From positions 224,001 through 288,000 of the forward strand of contig CAXWPH010000015.1 of NCBI GenBank assembly GCA_963666055.2: DNA of 64,000 nucleotides. The letters run 5' to 3'. Below, piece by piece: positions 27,640 through 37,334 of this stretch. Position 1 is the first letter of the stretch; every line of letters starts with the position of its first letter. Below the pieces are notes generated by a model. The model was not told the origin of the DNA, ran no database searches, and was given only the letters and a program-made list of their open reading frames with translations. Origin of the DNA: Acidobacteriota bacterium. GTDB lineage: Bacteria; Acidobacteriota; UBA890; WLXD01. A program made the position numbers and the translations under genes.

Positions 27640-29988
27640 TCAGCGTCGCGGTGTTGGCGTCGCCTCCAGGCTGCGAAGAAGATTGATGACTTGAGGATCC
27701 CGGGGCGTGAGAGCGAGCAAACGACGCGCGTAGTCGAGGGCGCGGTTACCGTTGCCAGCATCGCGGGCGAAGGAGACCAACGCAAGCAGGATGTCGCGGT
27801 CGCTGGGGAAGCGCTCGTGAGCCTGATCCAGCACCCGGAGCGCGCCCTCGACGTCTCCGGAGGAGTGTGTCGCCACACCCGAGACATAGGCATATCGCGG
27901 CACGGTCGGCGCCAGCTCGGCGGCGCGCCGTAGGGGCTCCAGAGCGTCTGCGCGGCGTTGCCGGCGAACCAGGGTCAAGCCGAGGCTGTGGTGCAGCGCC
28001 GCTTCGTCGGGTGAGCGCTCGATTGCGAGGCGTAGGAAACGTTCTCCCTCACCGTCGCGGCCTTGGGTCCGGTACAGGTCGGCGAGGTTCAGGTAGGCGG
28101 GAGCGAAAATCGGGTCGAGCTCGAGCGCACGCCGATAATGGCGCTCCGAGGCCGCGGGATCGTCGCGAACGAGAGCCAACCAGCCGAGATTGACCTGTCC
28201 CTGCGGTTCGTCGGCGTGCAACGACAGGGCGCGCTCGTACTCGCCCAGCGCTGTCTGTAGGGCGGGGCCAAGCTCCCGGACCACCGCCTCTGCCGAGAGC
28301 GACCCGAGCGCCTGGGCTGCTGCCAGCCGAGTCGAGAGCATTGGGTCTCGTAGCAGCGGAGCCAGCGCACCAGCTGCGGCGCGGGGACTGGCGCCGGCAA
28401 GTGCTTCGACAGCGGCTCGACGCACCAGCGGATCGCGGTCGCGGAGCGCACCTTGAACGACGGGCAAGGAGGAGGGTGTCAGGTACGGGGCCAATAACTC
28501 GAGCGCGGTGGCACGCACGATCGCCGGGTAGTCATCGTTGCGCGCCACTTCGACGAGGCGTCCCTCGGAATCCCGGAGGCCGGCCCGGCCGGCCGAGATC
28601 GCTTCGGCCCACTCCGGCCCACGGGTGCGACCTGCGCCGTACCAGCGACGTATTGCAGCGGATGCCCACTCTGCGCCCTCGGCCCTGTGGCAGTCATCAC
28701 ACGCGTTGGGAACACCGATGGACACGCTCTGGTCTGGTCGCGGAACCCGGAAGCTGTGATCCCGGCGTTCGTCGACCACCATGTAGGTGCGCGACGGCAT
28801 GTGGCAGGAAACACACGCTGCCGCCTCCGTGCCCGCCTCGTGGAAGTGGTGCGCGGGGCTATCGAACTTCGTCGCCTGGTGGCACTGATTGCACAGGGCG
28901 TTGCCCTGCGCGTAGACCCGCAAGTCGTGGGGCTCGTGGCAGTCACTGCAGGTCACACCGGCGGCGTACATGCGGCTCTGTACGAATGATCCGTAGACGA
29001 ATACCTCGCCGAGGATCTGGCCGTCGGCGTGATACAAGCCCTCTTCCAGCAGCGCGAGCCGGTGGGTGTTGGCGAGGGGTTGCCCGGCCTGGTAGTCGTC
29101 GGTCAGCGTTCCACGGCGCGAGTGGCACCGACCACAAGCTTCGACTTCCAGCTGCGTTGCGCGAGCCGGTGTGCGTGTTGCCAGCCCGGTTCCAGGATCG
29201 ATGTTCCACGACGGACTGCCGTTGCTGAGATCCACCACCAGCTGCATCGCGGCGGCGTCGAGGCCGGCGGTGACAGCGCCGCCGTCGGCCCAGTCAGCGT
29301 GCCCTGACCCAGGTCCGTGGCAAGCTTCGCACGAGACGTCGATCTCCGAGAACGTGGTCTCATAGCGTTGCTCGGCGGCCACGAAGCTCTTTCGAAGGTT
29401 GGTGGAGTGGCATTCAGCGCACATGCGGTTCCAGTTCTGGTCGATTCCAGTCCAGTGCAGTCGATCGCCAGGCTGCAGCACCTGATCGGGGTACAGATCG
29501 AACCAGCGCTGCCCCCCTTGGTTCTCTGAGCGGGCATCCCAGGCGATTCCGAGCGCCTGGTAGCGTCCTCCCGGAAGCTCGATGAGATACTGCTGCAGGG
29601 GTTCGACCCCGAACGTGAAAGTGATCGCGTAGTCGTTTAGCTGGCCTCTCGGCCCGACCGTCCGCACCGAGTAACCTCCGTCGACGCGTGAGAAGCGCGT
29701 CGCCGCACCGTCGTGGGTGAACGTGGCGTCGTCGAAGTTGCCGAGTACTGTGGTCGCGGTGGCGCGTTGCATGGCGCGATCATGGTGTGAGCCGGTCCAC
29801 CGATCGGTTTCACGCGCGTGACACTCGGTGCACCGAGCTCGGCCCACGTATACGGCCGCTGCCGCGTTGGATCGTCTGGCACCGCGCTCGAGGGTTGCCG
29901 GGTCCGGGCTCGGGCTACACGCGACGTAAAGCAGAAGTACAACCGACGTGGCGGCACAGCGCCGCGCGGAACGCACATCGTGTGACAT
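27640..29988 (-). CDS. Octaheme cytochrome c with HEAT and TPR repeats
   Basis: Eight CxxCH motifs (CTECH, CAECH, CEACH, CGRCH, CSDCH, CNQCH, CVSCH, CDDCH); lipobox-like YVAC; DRDPLVRRAA HEAT; C-terminal TPRs. Confidence 0.92.
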   Translation of the reverse strand: MSHDVRSARRCAATSVVLLLYVACSPSPDPATLERGARRSNAAAAVYVGRARCTECHARETDRWTGSHHDRAMQRATATTVLGNFDDATFTHDGAATRFSRVDGGYSVRTVGPRGQLNDYAITFTFGVEPLQQYLIELPGGRYQALGIAWDARSENQGGQRWFDLYPDQVLQPGDRLHWTGIDQNWNRMCAECHSTNLRKSFVAAEQRYETTFSEIDVSCEACHGPGSGHADWADGGAVTAGLDAAAMQLVVDLSNGSPSWNIDPGTGLATRTPARATQLEVEACGRCHSRRGTLTDDYQAGQPLANTHRLALLEEGLYHADGQILGEVFVYGSFVQSRMYAAGVTCSDCHEPHDLRVYAQGNALCNQCHQATKFDSPAHHFHEAGTEAAACVSCHMPSRTYMVVDERRDHSFRVPRPDQSVSIGVPNACDDCHRAEGAEWASAAIRRWYGAGRTRGPEWAEAISAGRAGLRDSEGRLVEVARNDDYPAIVRATALELLAPYLTPSSLPVVQGALRDRDPLVRRAAVEALAGASPRAAAGALAPLLRDPMLSTRLAAAQALGSLSAEAVVRELGPALQTALGEYERALSLHADEPQGQVNLGWLALVRDDPAASERHYRRALELDPIFAPAYLNLADLYRTQGRDGEGERFLRLAIERSPDEAALHHSLGLTLVRRQRRADALEPLRRAAELAPTVPRYAYVSGVATHSSGDVEGALRVLDQAHERFPSDRDILLALVSFARDAGNGNRALDYARRLLALTPRDPQVINLLRSLEATPTPRR

Positions 29989-30159
29989 GATCGCCCTAGA
30001 GTAGACGACTCGGTGCGCCTTGCCTGCAGCGTGCGCATGACCGGAACACTTCTCCGGCACGCGCTTCAAGTTTTGACAGCTTACGACCACAAGATCACGT
30101 TCTGAGGTTCTCGTGCAGACCGTCCCGGACTCCGTACCGGCAAGTATGCGGTTGGACCA

Positions 30160-30762
30160 TTGAGCGATCGTCCCGTACGCACCACTCTCTGGCGCGAGCC
30201 GCTGCTACATTTCGTGGTTGCCGGGTCCGCCCTGTTCGCTTTGTTCGCCCTGCTGGGCGAGCAGGAAGCTCGCGACGATCGCATCCTGGTGACCAGGAGC
30301 GACGTCGAGCGGCTCGCCGAAACATGGCGGCTGCAATGGGAACGCTCCCCGACCGAGGCAGAGCTGGTGCGCCAGTTGGACGCGTTCGTTCGAGTGGAGG
30401 TGCTCTACCGCGAAGCCGTGGCTCAAGGTCTCGGTCAGGGCGACGCCATCATACGGCGCCGCCTCGCACAGAAAATGGACTTCGTTCTCGAGAGCATGGG
30501 CGATCAGAGTCCGCCCGATGATGAGGAGCTGCGGCGTTTTCTCGCCGCCGAGCCGGGGCGCTTCCGCGTCGATCAGGACGCGCCCTTCCCGGCGCTCGAT
30601 GACGTACGCGACGCGGTGCTGACCGCCTATCTCCTGGAGCAACGGCTCGAGGCCAAGCGTTCCGCATATGCAGACCTGCGAGTGCGATACGAGATAGAGA
30701 TAGAGGATCCCGCTCTACACGATCAGCTCGTCACGATGTGGTCTGCGGGGCCGGACCGGTGA
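30160..30762 (+). CDS. PpiC-type PPIase-related protein, short form
   Basis: REPLLHFVVAG, EVLYREAVAQGL, DAIIRRRLAQKMDF; central rotamase region appears absent. Confidence 0.8.
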   Translation: MSDRPVRTTLWREPLLHFVVAGSALFALFALLGEQEARDDRILVTRSDVERLAETWRLQWERSPTEAELVRQLDAFVRVEVLYREAVAQGLGQGDAIIRRRLAQKMDFVLESMGDQSPPDDEELRRFLAAEPGRFRVDQDAPFPALDDVRDAVLTAYLLEQRLEAKRSAYADLRVRYEIEIEDPALHDQLVTMWSAGPDR

Positions 30763-31751
30763 GATCTGCCCCGATCATAGGATTGCTCGCTATCCTTGTC
30801 GGCGCCGCTCTGCCGGCGCTCGCGCATGAGGTTCGTCCCGGCTACCTGCAGCTCCGCGAGATCGCTCCGAACGCTTACGCGGTGCTCTGGAAGCTCCCCC
30901 TGTCAGCAGCGGCGGGGCAGCGTCTGGCACCGGTGCTGCCGCCGAACTGCCGTCCCACGAGCGAGGTCGTCAGCTGGCGTGGCCCGGTTTCGATCATCGA
31001 GCGCTGGACCGTCGCTTGCGACGGCGGCCTGCAGGGCCGACCCCTGTCGATTGATGGCCTGGAGGCGACCCTGACAGAAGTGTTGGTGCGCGTCGAAGAC
31101 GCGGACGGCGCGGCGCGCACCGCGATGTTACGGCCTCAAGCTTCGTCGATGGTTGTTGCTGCCGAACCTTCGACGCTTGCTGTGGCCCGCACATACACGC
31201 GGCTGGGTACCACCCACATCCTGCTCGGTATCGACCATTTGTTGTTCGTTCTGGCATTACTCCTGTTGGTGAAGAAGCGCTGGGTGCTGGTGAAAACCAT
31301 CACTGCGTTCACCGTGGCCCATAGCGTCACGCTAGGCTTGGCGACGCTCGGTTTCGTGCGGATTCCGTCCAGTCCGGTCGAGGCGGTGATCGCGCTCAGC
31401 ATCATGTTCCTCGCCGCTGAGCTCCTGCGGTCAGCGCGCGGTGATGCGACCCTGACGGTGCGATACCCGTGGATCGCCGCGTTCGGATTCGGACTGCTCC
31501 ACGGGCTCGGATTCGCCGGTGCCCTCACGGCGCTCGGATTGCCGGCCGGTGATATCCCTGTGGCCCTGCTGTTCTTCAACGTCGGTGTGGAGCTCGGCCA
31601 GTTGCTCTTCGTCGCGGCGGTGCTGGTGCTGGTAGGGGTGGCTCGCAGGCTGCAGATAGCGTGGCCCGAATGGGCCGTCCCCTTACCTCCTTACGCTATC
31701 GGCACGGTCGCCAGCTATTGGTTCATCGGTCGATTTCTCGCGGTGTTCTGA
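30759..31751 (+). CDS. HupE/UreJ-family membrane protein
   Basis: AHEVRPGYL, HILLGIDHLLF, TAFTVAHSVTL, FGLLHGLGFA, FNVGVELGQ. Confidence 0.92.
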   Translation: MRSAPIIGLLAILVGAALPALAHEVRPGYLQLREIAPNAYAVLWKLPLSAAAGQRLAPVLPPNCRPTSEVVSWRGPVSIIERWTVACDGGLQGRPLSIDGLEATLTEVLVRVEDADGAARTAMLRPQASSMVVAAEPSTLAVARTYTRLGTTHILLGIDHLLFVLALLLLVKKRWVLVKTITAFTVAHSVTLGLATLGFVRIPSSPVEAVIALSIMFLAAELLRSARGDATLTVRYPWIAAFGFGLLHGLGFAGALTALGLPAGDIPVALLFFNVGVELGQLLFVAAVLVLVGVARRLQIAWPEWAVPLPPYAIGTVASYWFIGRFLAVF

Positions 31752-31777
31752 GGCGTGCTCCGCGGCGAGTCGGAAGT

Positions 31778-31956
31778 CTAGCAGACCGTGGTGAAAGTGT
31801 GGTGGGTCTGGCGACAGGGTCTTGCGAAGTGGAGGCAAGGAGAGAGGAGGAGGCGATGATTACCGCATCGTTGACGAGGAACGACGCAGCATACGCGCGC
31901 AACCCCCTGTCGCCCGAAGGGTTACGGCCCACCACACTTTCACCACGGCCTGCTAG
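31778..31956. repeat. CTAG-ended MITE/REP-like element, 179-bp copy
   Basis: About 29-bp terminal inverted repeats ctagcagaccgtggtgaaagtgtggtggg / cccaccacactttcaccacggcctgctag; near-identical to 49160-49436. Confidence 0.9.
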
Positions 31957-33245
31957 AGGTCGAACGCCATTCGCCACTGGTAGATCGAGGTCGGGTCGGT
32001 GCCGAGATCGTTGATGTCGGCGCGCGTGTAGTTGAACATCAACCGCACGTTGGGGTTCCAGTACCAGTTGAGTCCGGCGGTGAACGCTGCGAGCACACCG
32101 AGCCCCGTTTCTGTGCCCTCGCTCAGATCGGCGCGAGCGTAGCGCGCCGCGATCTCCCAGGCTCCGGAGCCACCGTCCAGGAAGTTGTGCTTCGGTTTCA
32201 GCCGATCGAACAGAGTTCCTGTGTAGGGTCGGGACTCCCCGGTGATGAAGTAGCTTCCCTGCACGTACCAGCCGTTGAGCGAGGGATCGTTGCGCTCGAC
32301 CGATTTCACCCACGCTTGCACGTACTCTCCCTGTAGCCCGAGGGAGCCGACGTTGGCCGACACCTCGCCCTGCAGGTAGTCGGCCGAGGTCGCCGGGACC
32401 ACGAGCTGCACGAGCTTCGGAGCTGTGTGCACGTCTGGACGCAGGTCGAGCGTCAAAGCACCGTCGACGAGCTTGTGCGTATAGGCGACTCCCAGGTGCA
32501 AGAGCTTGCGCCCGTCGTCCTGCAGGATCGGCGCGTGGGTGACACGGCCGCTGAGGTTGTAGTTGTCTCCCACCGCTGCGGCGAAGCCGTCGGTCTGGCG
32601 GAACACCCCTGCCGACCAGCTGGTGCGCCCGCTCATGACCTTCTCCACCCGTACCCCGAAGTTGCGGTCGGGTGAGAAGACGATCGCCAGCGAGCGCTCC
32701 ATGAAGGTGATGAAACGGCTGCTGGTCTGCGCCTCGAGGCTCCACGGCTCCTTCTGGTGGCCGAGGCGCAACGTCATCGGAAGATTCCGCACTCCGAGGT
32801 ACATGTCCCTGACCTCGGCCTGGCCACCGGCGAAGTCGAGCTCGAACTTGTAGTCCACGCTGCCGTACATGTAGCCCAGAAGGTGCAGCCTCCCGCGGCG
32901 CACCTCGGTGGTGTTCTCGAGCTTGCCGAAACGGCCGCCGAAGGCGTCCTCGTCGGCGAAGAACGCGGTGTCGAGGTGAACGCGGCCGCCGATCTGGAGC
33001 TGAAACCGCTGGTCGGCGGTTTCCATGCGCAGGCCATCGTGCCAGAACACGCGGATGTCGTTGGGGTCCTTGTCGGGTTCTTCCTGCTCGCCGGCGACCC
33101 GCAGGGGGCGCTCCGGACGATGCCCTGCAGCGTCAGCGCTTCCTGCGTTGCTCTGAGCCAGCACCGCGCCCGGGACAGCGAATGGCAGCGCTGCGACGAT
33201 GAGAATCCTGAGAAGCTTCGCTGGCGCCGGAATCATCGAGCTCAT
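31953..33245 (-). CDS. OprO/OprP-family porin
   Basis: GGRVHLD, EVRRGRL, TSSRFITFMERS, GWYVQGSYFITGESR, WEIAARY, GLNWYWN. Confidence 0.9.
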   Translation of the reverse strand: MSSMIPAPAKLLRILIVAALPFAVPGAVLAQSNAGSADAAGHRPERPLRVAGEQEEPDKDPNDIRVFWHDGLRMETADQRFQLQIGGRVHLDTAFFADEDAFGGRFGKLENTTEVRRGRLHLLGYMYGSVDYKFELDFAGGQAEVRDMYLGVRNLPMTLRLGHQKEPWSLEAQTSSRFITFMERSLAIVFSPDRNFGVRVEKVMSGRTSWSAGVFRQTDGFAAAVGDNYNLSGRVTHAPILQDDGRKLLHLGVAYTHKLVDGALTLDLRPDVHTAPKLVQLVVPATSADYLQGEVSANVGSLGLQGEYVQAWVKSVERNDPSLNGWYVQGSYFITGESRPYTGTLFDRLKPKHNFLDGGSGAWEIAARYARADLSEGTETGLGVLAAFTAGLNWYWNPNVRLMFNYTRADINDLGTDPTSIYQWRMAFDL

Positions 33246-33300
33246 GACCTTCTTATCGTACCGAAGTCGGCGCCCACCAATCGGCATCGAATCGTACTGA

Positions 33301-33332
33301 CATCTGATGATTAGCTTGTTAGCATCTGATGC
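33301..33332. promoter_or_regulatory. Probable vapBC operator: two CATC-T-GATG palindromes
   Basis: catctgatg at 33301-33309 and 33323-33331, abutting the antitoxin ATG. Confidence 0.65.
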
Positions 33333-33569
33333 ATGGCAAGGACCACGGTGGATATCGATACGCCGGTATTGCAGGAGATCAAGAAGCTGCAACGTGCCGA
33401 AGGTAAGTCACTTGGACGGCTCGTATCGGATCTCTTGAGCGAGGCGCTCGCGGGGCGCACCAGCAATTCTGTTGTGCGAGAGCTGCAGAGGACGGTGCAA
33501 GACATGCGTGCGCTCGTCGACATCGGCGACAAGGACGCGCTGCACGCCGCTCTCGACAACGACTCGTGA
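33333..33569 (+). CDS. vapB: VapB-type antitoxin
   Basis: MARTTVDID...GKSLGRLVSDLL RHH-like; overlaps the PIN gene by 4 nt. Confidence 0.85.
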   Translation: MARTTVDIDTPVLQEIKKLQRAEGKSLGRLVSDLLSEALAGRTSNSVVRELQRTVQDMRALVDIGDKDALHAALDNDS

Positions 33570-34003
33570 GCTTTGCCGTCGACGCCAACATCCTGCTGTA
33601 CGCATCCGACACCGGCTCGCCGTTTCACCAGCGGGCAGGGGAGTTCTTGCGCCAGCGGGTAGGTGGCGCCGAGCTCTTCTGCCTCGGTTGGCCGACGCTG
33701 ATGAGCTATCTGCGCATCGCCACCCACACCCGTATCTTCGCAAACCCCCTGACACCGGCGGCGGCGGTCGCCAACGTGGAGTCGCTGCTGTCACTGCCCA
33801 ACGTGCGCGTCCTGGGCGAAGGCGACCGATTCTGGGAGTGCTACGGTGAGGTCACCCGCGGAGTCGTGGTACGCGGCAACCTGACGCCCGACGCACATCT
33901 GGTCGCCCTGCTGTTGGAGCATGGTGTGCCGGTGCTGTATTCCAACGACACCGATTTCAGCAAGTTCTCGGGAATCCGCGCGCTGGATCCTTTCGCGTCC
34001 TGA
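33566..34003 (+). CDS. vapC: VapC PIN-domain toxin
   Basis: VDANILLYA, GNLTPDAHLVAL, SNDTDFSKF. Confidence 0.92.
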   Translation: MSFAVDANILLYASDTGSPFHQRAGEFLRQRVGGAELFCLGWPTLMSYLRIATHTRIFANPLTPAAAVANVESLLSLPNVRVLGEGDRFWECYGEVTRGVVVRGNLTPDAHLVALLLEHGVPVLYSNDTDFSKFSGIRALDPFAS

Positions 34004-34070
34004 AGCATCGAACGCCTGGCTCGCCTGGCCTGCTAGGCTATGCCGGCGTTCCCACCGACTCTGAGCCCGT

Positions 34071-35027
34071 ATGACCTTTCTCGCTCTCGCCCTCGGTCTG
34101 GTTGCCCTTTACTGGGGTGCGGAGTGGCTTGTTCGGGGAGCCTCGCAGATCGCGCTGTCTCTGCGAATCTCCCCGCTGGCGATCGGTCTCACCGTGGTGG
34201 CTTTCGGTACGTCGATGCCGGAGATGGTGGCCGGCGGTGTGGCGGCCTGGCGCGGTAACACCGACATCGTTCTTGGCAATGTCTTGGGCAGCAATATCGC
34301 CAACATCGGATTGATCCTGGGGATCGCGGCGCTGCTGCGCCCGATTCCGGTGCACACACGATTGCTACGGCGCGAGATGCCACTCATGCTCGCAGCCACG
34401 GTGCTCGTATACGTGCTGGCTAGCACCGGTGAAATTGGCCGTATGGCCGGCGTCGGTCTGCTCGGCGCCCTGCTGGGATTCACCTGGCTGACGCTGCGCT
34501 GGGCGCGCCGCGAGACCGGGCTTGCGGGCCCGGCAGCAGACGACGAGGGTACCGGAGCGGCTCCAGGTTCAACCGCTCCGGTCCGTCTGGGAATCGAATG
34601 CGGCCGGGTCATTGTCGGTCTCGTCGGCCTCGGCGTTGGCGCGCAGCTGCTGGTCGGCTCGGCGCTGACGCTGGCGCGTGCGTTCGGCGTCAGCGAGTTC
34701 GTGATCTCGGTGAGCGTGGTGGCGCTGGGGACGTCGCTGCCGGAGTTGGCGACCTCGGTAGTGGCCGCGCTGCGTGGCGAGACCGACGTGCTGGTGGGCA
34801 ATATCGTCGGCAGCAATATCTTCAATCTGCTCGGCGCGCTGGGCGTCGGGGCGATGATTCGTGCGCTCCCGGTTGCCGGCGAGATCGTCGCCTTCGATAT
34901 TCCGGCGGTGCTGGCATTCAGCGTTGCCATGACCGTCGGCCTTGGATTGCACCGGGCCATGGTGCGCTGGGAAGGTGCGCTGCTGCTTGCCGGTTACGCC
35001 GCTTACCTCGGCAGGCTTGTCCTGTAA
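34071..35027 (+). CDS. Calcium/sodium antiporter (YrbG family)
   Basis: Two alpha repeats GTSMPE...GNVLGSNIAN and GTSLPE...GNIVGSNIFN. Confidence 0.93.
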   Translation: MTFLALALGLVALYWGAEWLVRGASQIALSLRISPLAIGLTVVAFGTSMPEMVAGGVAAWRGNTDIVLGNVLGSNIANIGLILGIAALLRPIPVHTRLLRREMPLMLAATVLVYVLASTGEIGRMAGVGLLGALLGFTWLTLRWARRETGLAGPAADDEGTGAAPGSTAPVRLGIECGRVIVGLVGLGVGAQLLVGSALTLARAFGVSEFVISVSVVALGTSLPELATSVVAALRGETDVLVGNIVGSNIFNLLGALGVGAMIRALPVAGEIVAFDIPAVLAFSVAMTVGLGLHRAMVRWEGALLLAGYAAYLGRLVL

Positions 35028-35155
35028 ACAAACGGGTGCGCGGCGTAAATTGGCCGGACGGCTCCCGACTACGTGGAGCGCGCCCCGCGCCTGGACTATT
35101 GTGGGAACCTTGCAGGCGCTGTTAGCCGACCCCTAAGGGAACTTCTGGAGGACCC

Positions 35156-36766
35156 ATGCGACGCACCACATCGCGGATCGTCACGCCCCTCATCCTGTTG
35201 CTCGTTGCCGCGCTGGCGCCGGGCGTTGCAACGAGCCAAGAACAAGGCCTGGGCGAGGTGGAGTTCGCCAACTCGGGGGCGCCGGAAGCCCAAGAACAGT
35301 TCACTCGTGGCCTGCTGCTGCTGCACAGCTTCGAGTACGACGATGCCCGCGAGGCGTTTCAGGCGGCCCGGGAGATCGACCCTGACTTCGCCATGGCCTA
35401 CTGGGGCGAGGCGCAGACCCACAACCATCCGATCTGGCAGCAGCAAGATAGGGACGCGGCGCGCGCCGCGCTGGCGAAGCTCGGCCCGACGGCCGAGGCG
35501 CGTTACGCCAAGGCGGGCACCGAGCGCGAGCGCGACTACCTGCACACGGTCGAAGTGATGTACGGCAACGGCACCAAGCGCGATCGCGACTACGCGTACA
35601 GCGACGCCATGCAGCAACTCATGCGCAAGTACCCGGACGACGCCGACGCGCGCGCCTTCTACGCGCTGTCGATCCTCGGCACCTGTCACGACGGCCGTGA
35701 TGTGAAGCGCTACATGAAGGCCGCCGCCGTCGTCGAGGAGGTCTACGCGAGCAACCCCGAGCACCCGGGTGCGCTCCACTACCTGATCCACTCCTACGAC
35801 GATCCGACCCATGCGCCTCTGGGGCTGCGGGCCGCGCGGCTGTACTCCGAGGTGGCACAGCGCGCCGGTCACGCTCTTCATATGCCGACGCACATCTTCA
35901 TCGCGCTGGCCATGTGGGATGAGGTTGCGGGGCTGAACGAGGAATCCTGGCAGGCCTCGTTGCGACGCCAGCAGCGCAAGGGCCTCGGCAAGGCTTCGCG
36001 TGGCTATCACGCCCGGATGTGGGAGCATTACGCCTTCCTGCAGCAAGGCCGCTATGACGCGGCGCGTGCGTTGATCGACGAGTTCGTTGCCGAACTGGGG
36101 ACCGACGGCGAGAGCCCCGGGTTGCGCGGCGCGCTCGGCGCCATGCGCGCGGCGCACATCGTCGCCACCGGTGGGGATGATCTGGCCGCTATCGCCAGCG
36201 ACCTCGATGTTGGCGGCGCCACGCGGGCAAGCCATCAGTACGCTCAGTTGGTCGCCGCACTGGCGCGCGGGGGTCGCGGTGCCGCGGAGGCTGCGCTGCG
36301 CGATGTGTCTGCAATGCTGGGCAGCTCCGATGGCGGCGATTGGCGGGGACGCAATGCCCCGAGCCGTATCGTGGAGCTGGAGATGCGCGCGTTGCTGGCG
36401 CTGGATGCAGGAGATACGGACGGCGCCATCAAGCAGCTCGAGGAGGCGACAGCGATCGAAGACGAGCTGCCGTTTACCTTCGGGCCACCGGTGCCGGTGA
36501 AGCCGGCCCATGAGTTGCTGGCGGATGTCTTGCGCCAGACTGGCGACGCGGCGGCAGCTATCGCGCACTACGACCGTGCCCTGGAACGCACCCCGGGTCG
36601 CGCGCTTACTATGCTGGGGCTGGCGCGTGCCGCCGGCGCGGCCAACGAGAACTCACGCGCTGCCACAGCGTACGCACAGCTGCGCGACAGCTGGGCCAAT
36701 GCCGACGCTGACCTGGCCGATCTAGCCGAGATCCGCGAGGCAACGGCGACCAGCGACGAGCGCTGA
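35156..36766 (+). CDS. Exported TPR-containing protein
   Basis: Signal peptide; GLLLLHSFEY, DPDFAMAYWG, HPGALHYLIHSYD, HALHMPTHIF. Confidence 0.85.
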   Translation: MRRTTSRIVTPLILLLVAALAPGVATSQEQGLGEVEFANSGAPEAQEQFTRGLLLLHSFEYDDAREAFQAAREIDPDFAMAYWGEAQTHNHPIWQQQDRDAARAALAKLGPTAEARYAKAGTERERDYLHTVEVMYGNGTKRDRDYAYSDAMQQLMRKYPDDADARAFYALSILGTCHDGRDVKRYMKAAAVVEEVYASNPEHPGALHYLIHSYDDPTHAPLGLRAARLYSEVAQRAGHALHMPTHIFIALAMWDEVAGLNEESWQASLRRQQRKGLGKASRGYHARMWEHYAFLQQGRYDAARALIDEFVAELGTDGESPGLRGALGAMRAAHIVATGGDDLAAIASDLDVGGATRASHQYAQLVAALARGGRGAAEAALRDVSAMLGSSDGGDWRGRNAPSRIVELEMRALLALDAGDTDGAIKQLEEATAIEDELPFTFGPPVPVKPAHELLADVLRQTGDAAAAIAHYDRALERTPGRALTMLGLARAAGAANENSRAATAYAQLRDSWANADADLADLAEIREATATSDER

Positions 36767-36860
36767 GCCCGGTAGCAAGATCACCTCGGCCGCGAGGTCG
36801 CGGCCGGCGAGGCACAGGTATGCTTTGCCGCACACAGCTGTTGCACCCTCGTCCTGGTGA

Positions 36861-36885
36861 AACTATAGTTATAACTACTCTAGTT
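36861..36885. promoter_or_regulatory. AT-rich palindromic site upstream of padR (candidate operator)
   Basis: aactatagttataactactctagtt contains overlapping palindromes aactatagtt and agttataact. Confidence 0.5.
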
Positions 36886-36947
36886 TCTGACAAGTCATTC
36901 TTCACGCCTGTGGCCGGGGCTTCCGGGTCGCCGGACCTCCTGGAGCT

Positions 36948-37325
36948 ATGCTCTCCGTGCAAGGTAACGCCATCACAGAACGATCGGCGGAGTCCCTGAT
37001 TCCGCTCAGCAACCTCTCGTTCCACGTGCTGTTGGCGTTGGCCGACAAGGCCGCCCACGGCTATGCCATCGGCAAGGAGATCGAGGCGCGATCACGCGGC
37101 AAGCTGAAGCCCACCACGGGGGCTCTGTACCAGGCGCTCCACCGCCTCGACGCCAGCGGCCTGGTGGCGTCAGCCGGTGCTCCCGCGGGTGCTACCTGTG
37201 ACCCGCGGCGCAAGTACTTCTGTCTCACCCTGCTCGGGCACGAGGTTATGAATCTGGAGGCAACTCGACTCGCGGAGCTGGTGGCGGCCGTACGCGCCAA
37301 GTCCCGGGCACCCGAGCGCTCCTGA
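36948..37325 (+). CDS. PadR-family transcriptional regulator
   Basis: HGYAIGKEI, GALYQALHRL, RRKYFCLTLLG. Confidence 0.9.
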   Translation: MLSVQGNAITERSAESLIPLSNLSFHVLLALADKAAHGYAIGKEIEARSRGKLKPTTGALYQALHRLDASGLVASAGAPAGATCDPRRKYFCLTLLGHEVMNLEATRLAELVAAVRAKSRAPERS

Positions 37326-37334
37326 GGACTCGCC

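Noticed and set aside
35096-36568. Long antisense ORFs (also 61567-63111, 10086-11240, 51583-52773)
   Set aside because: Shadow frames of well-supported genes, expected at high GC
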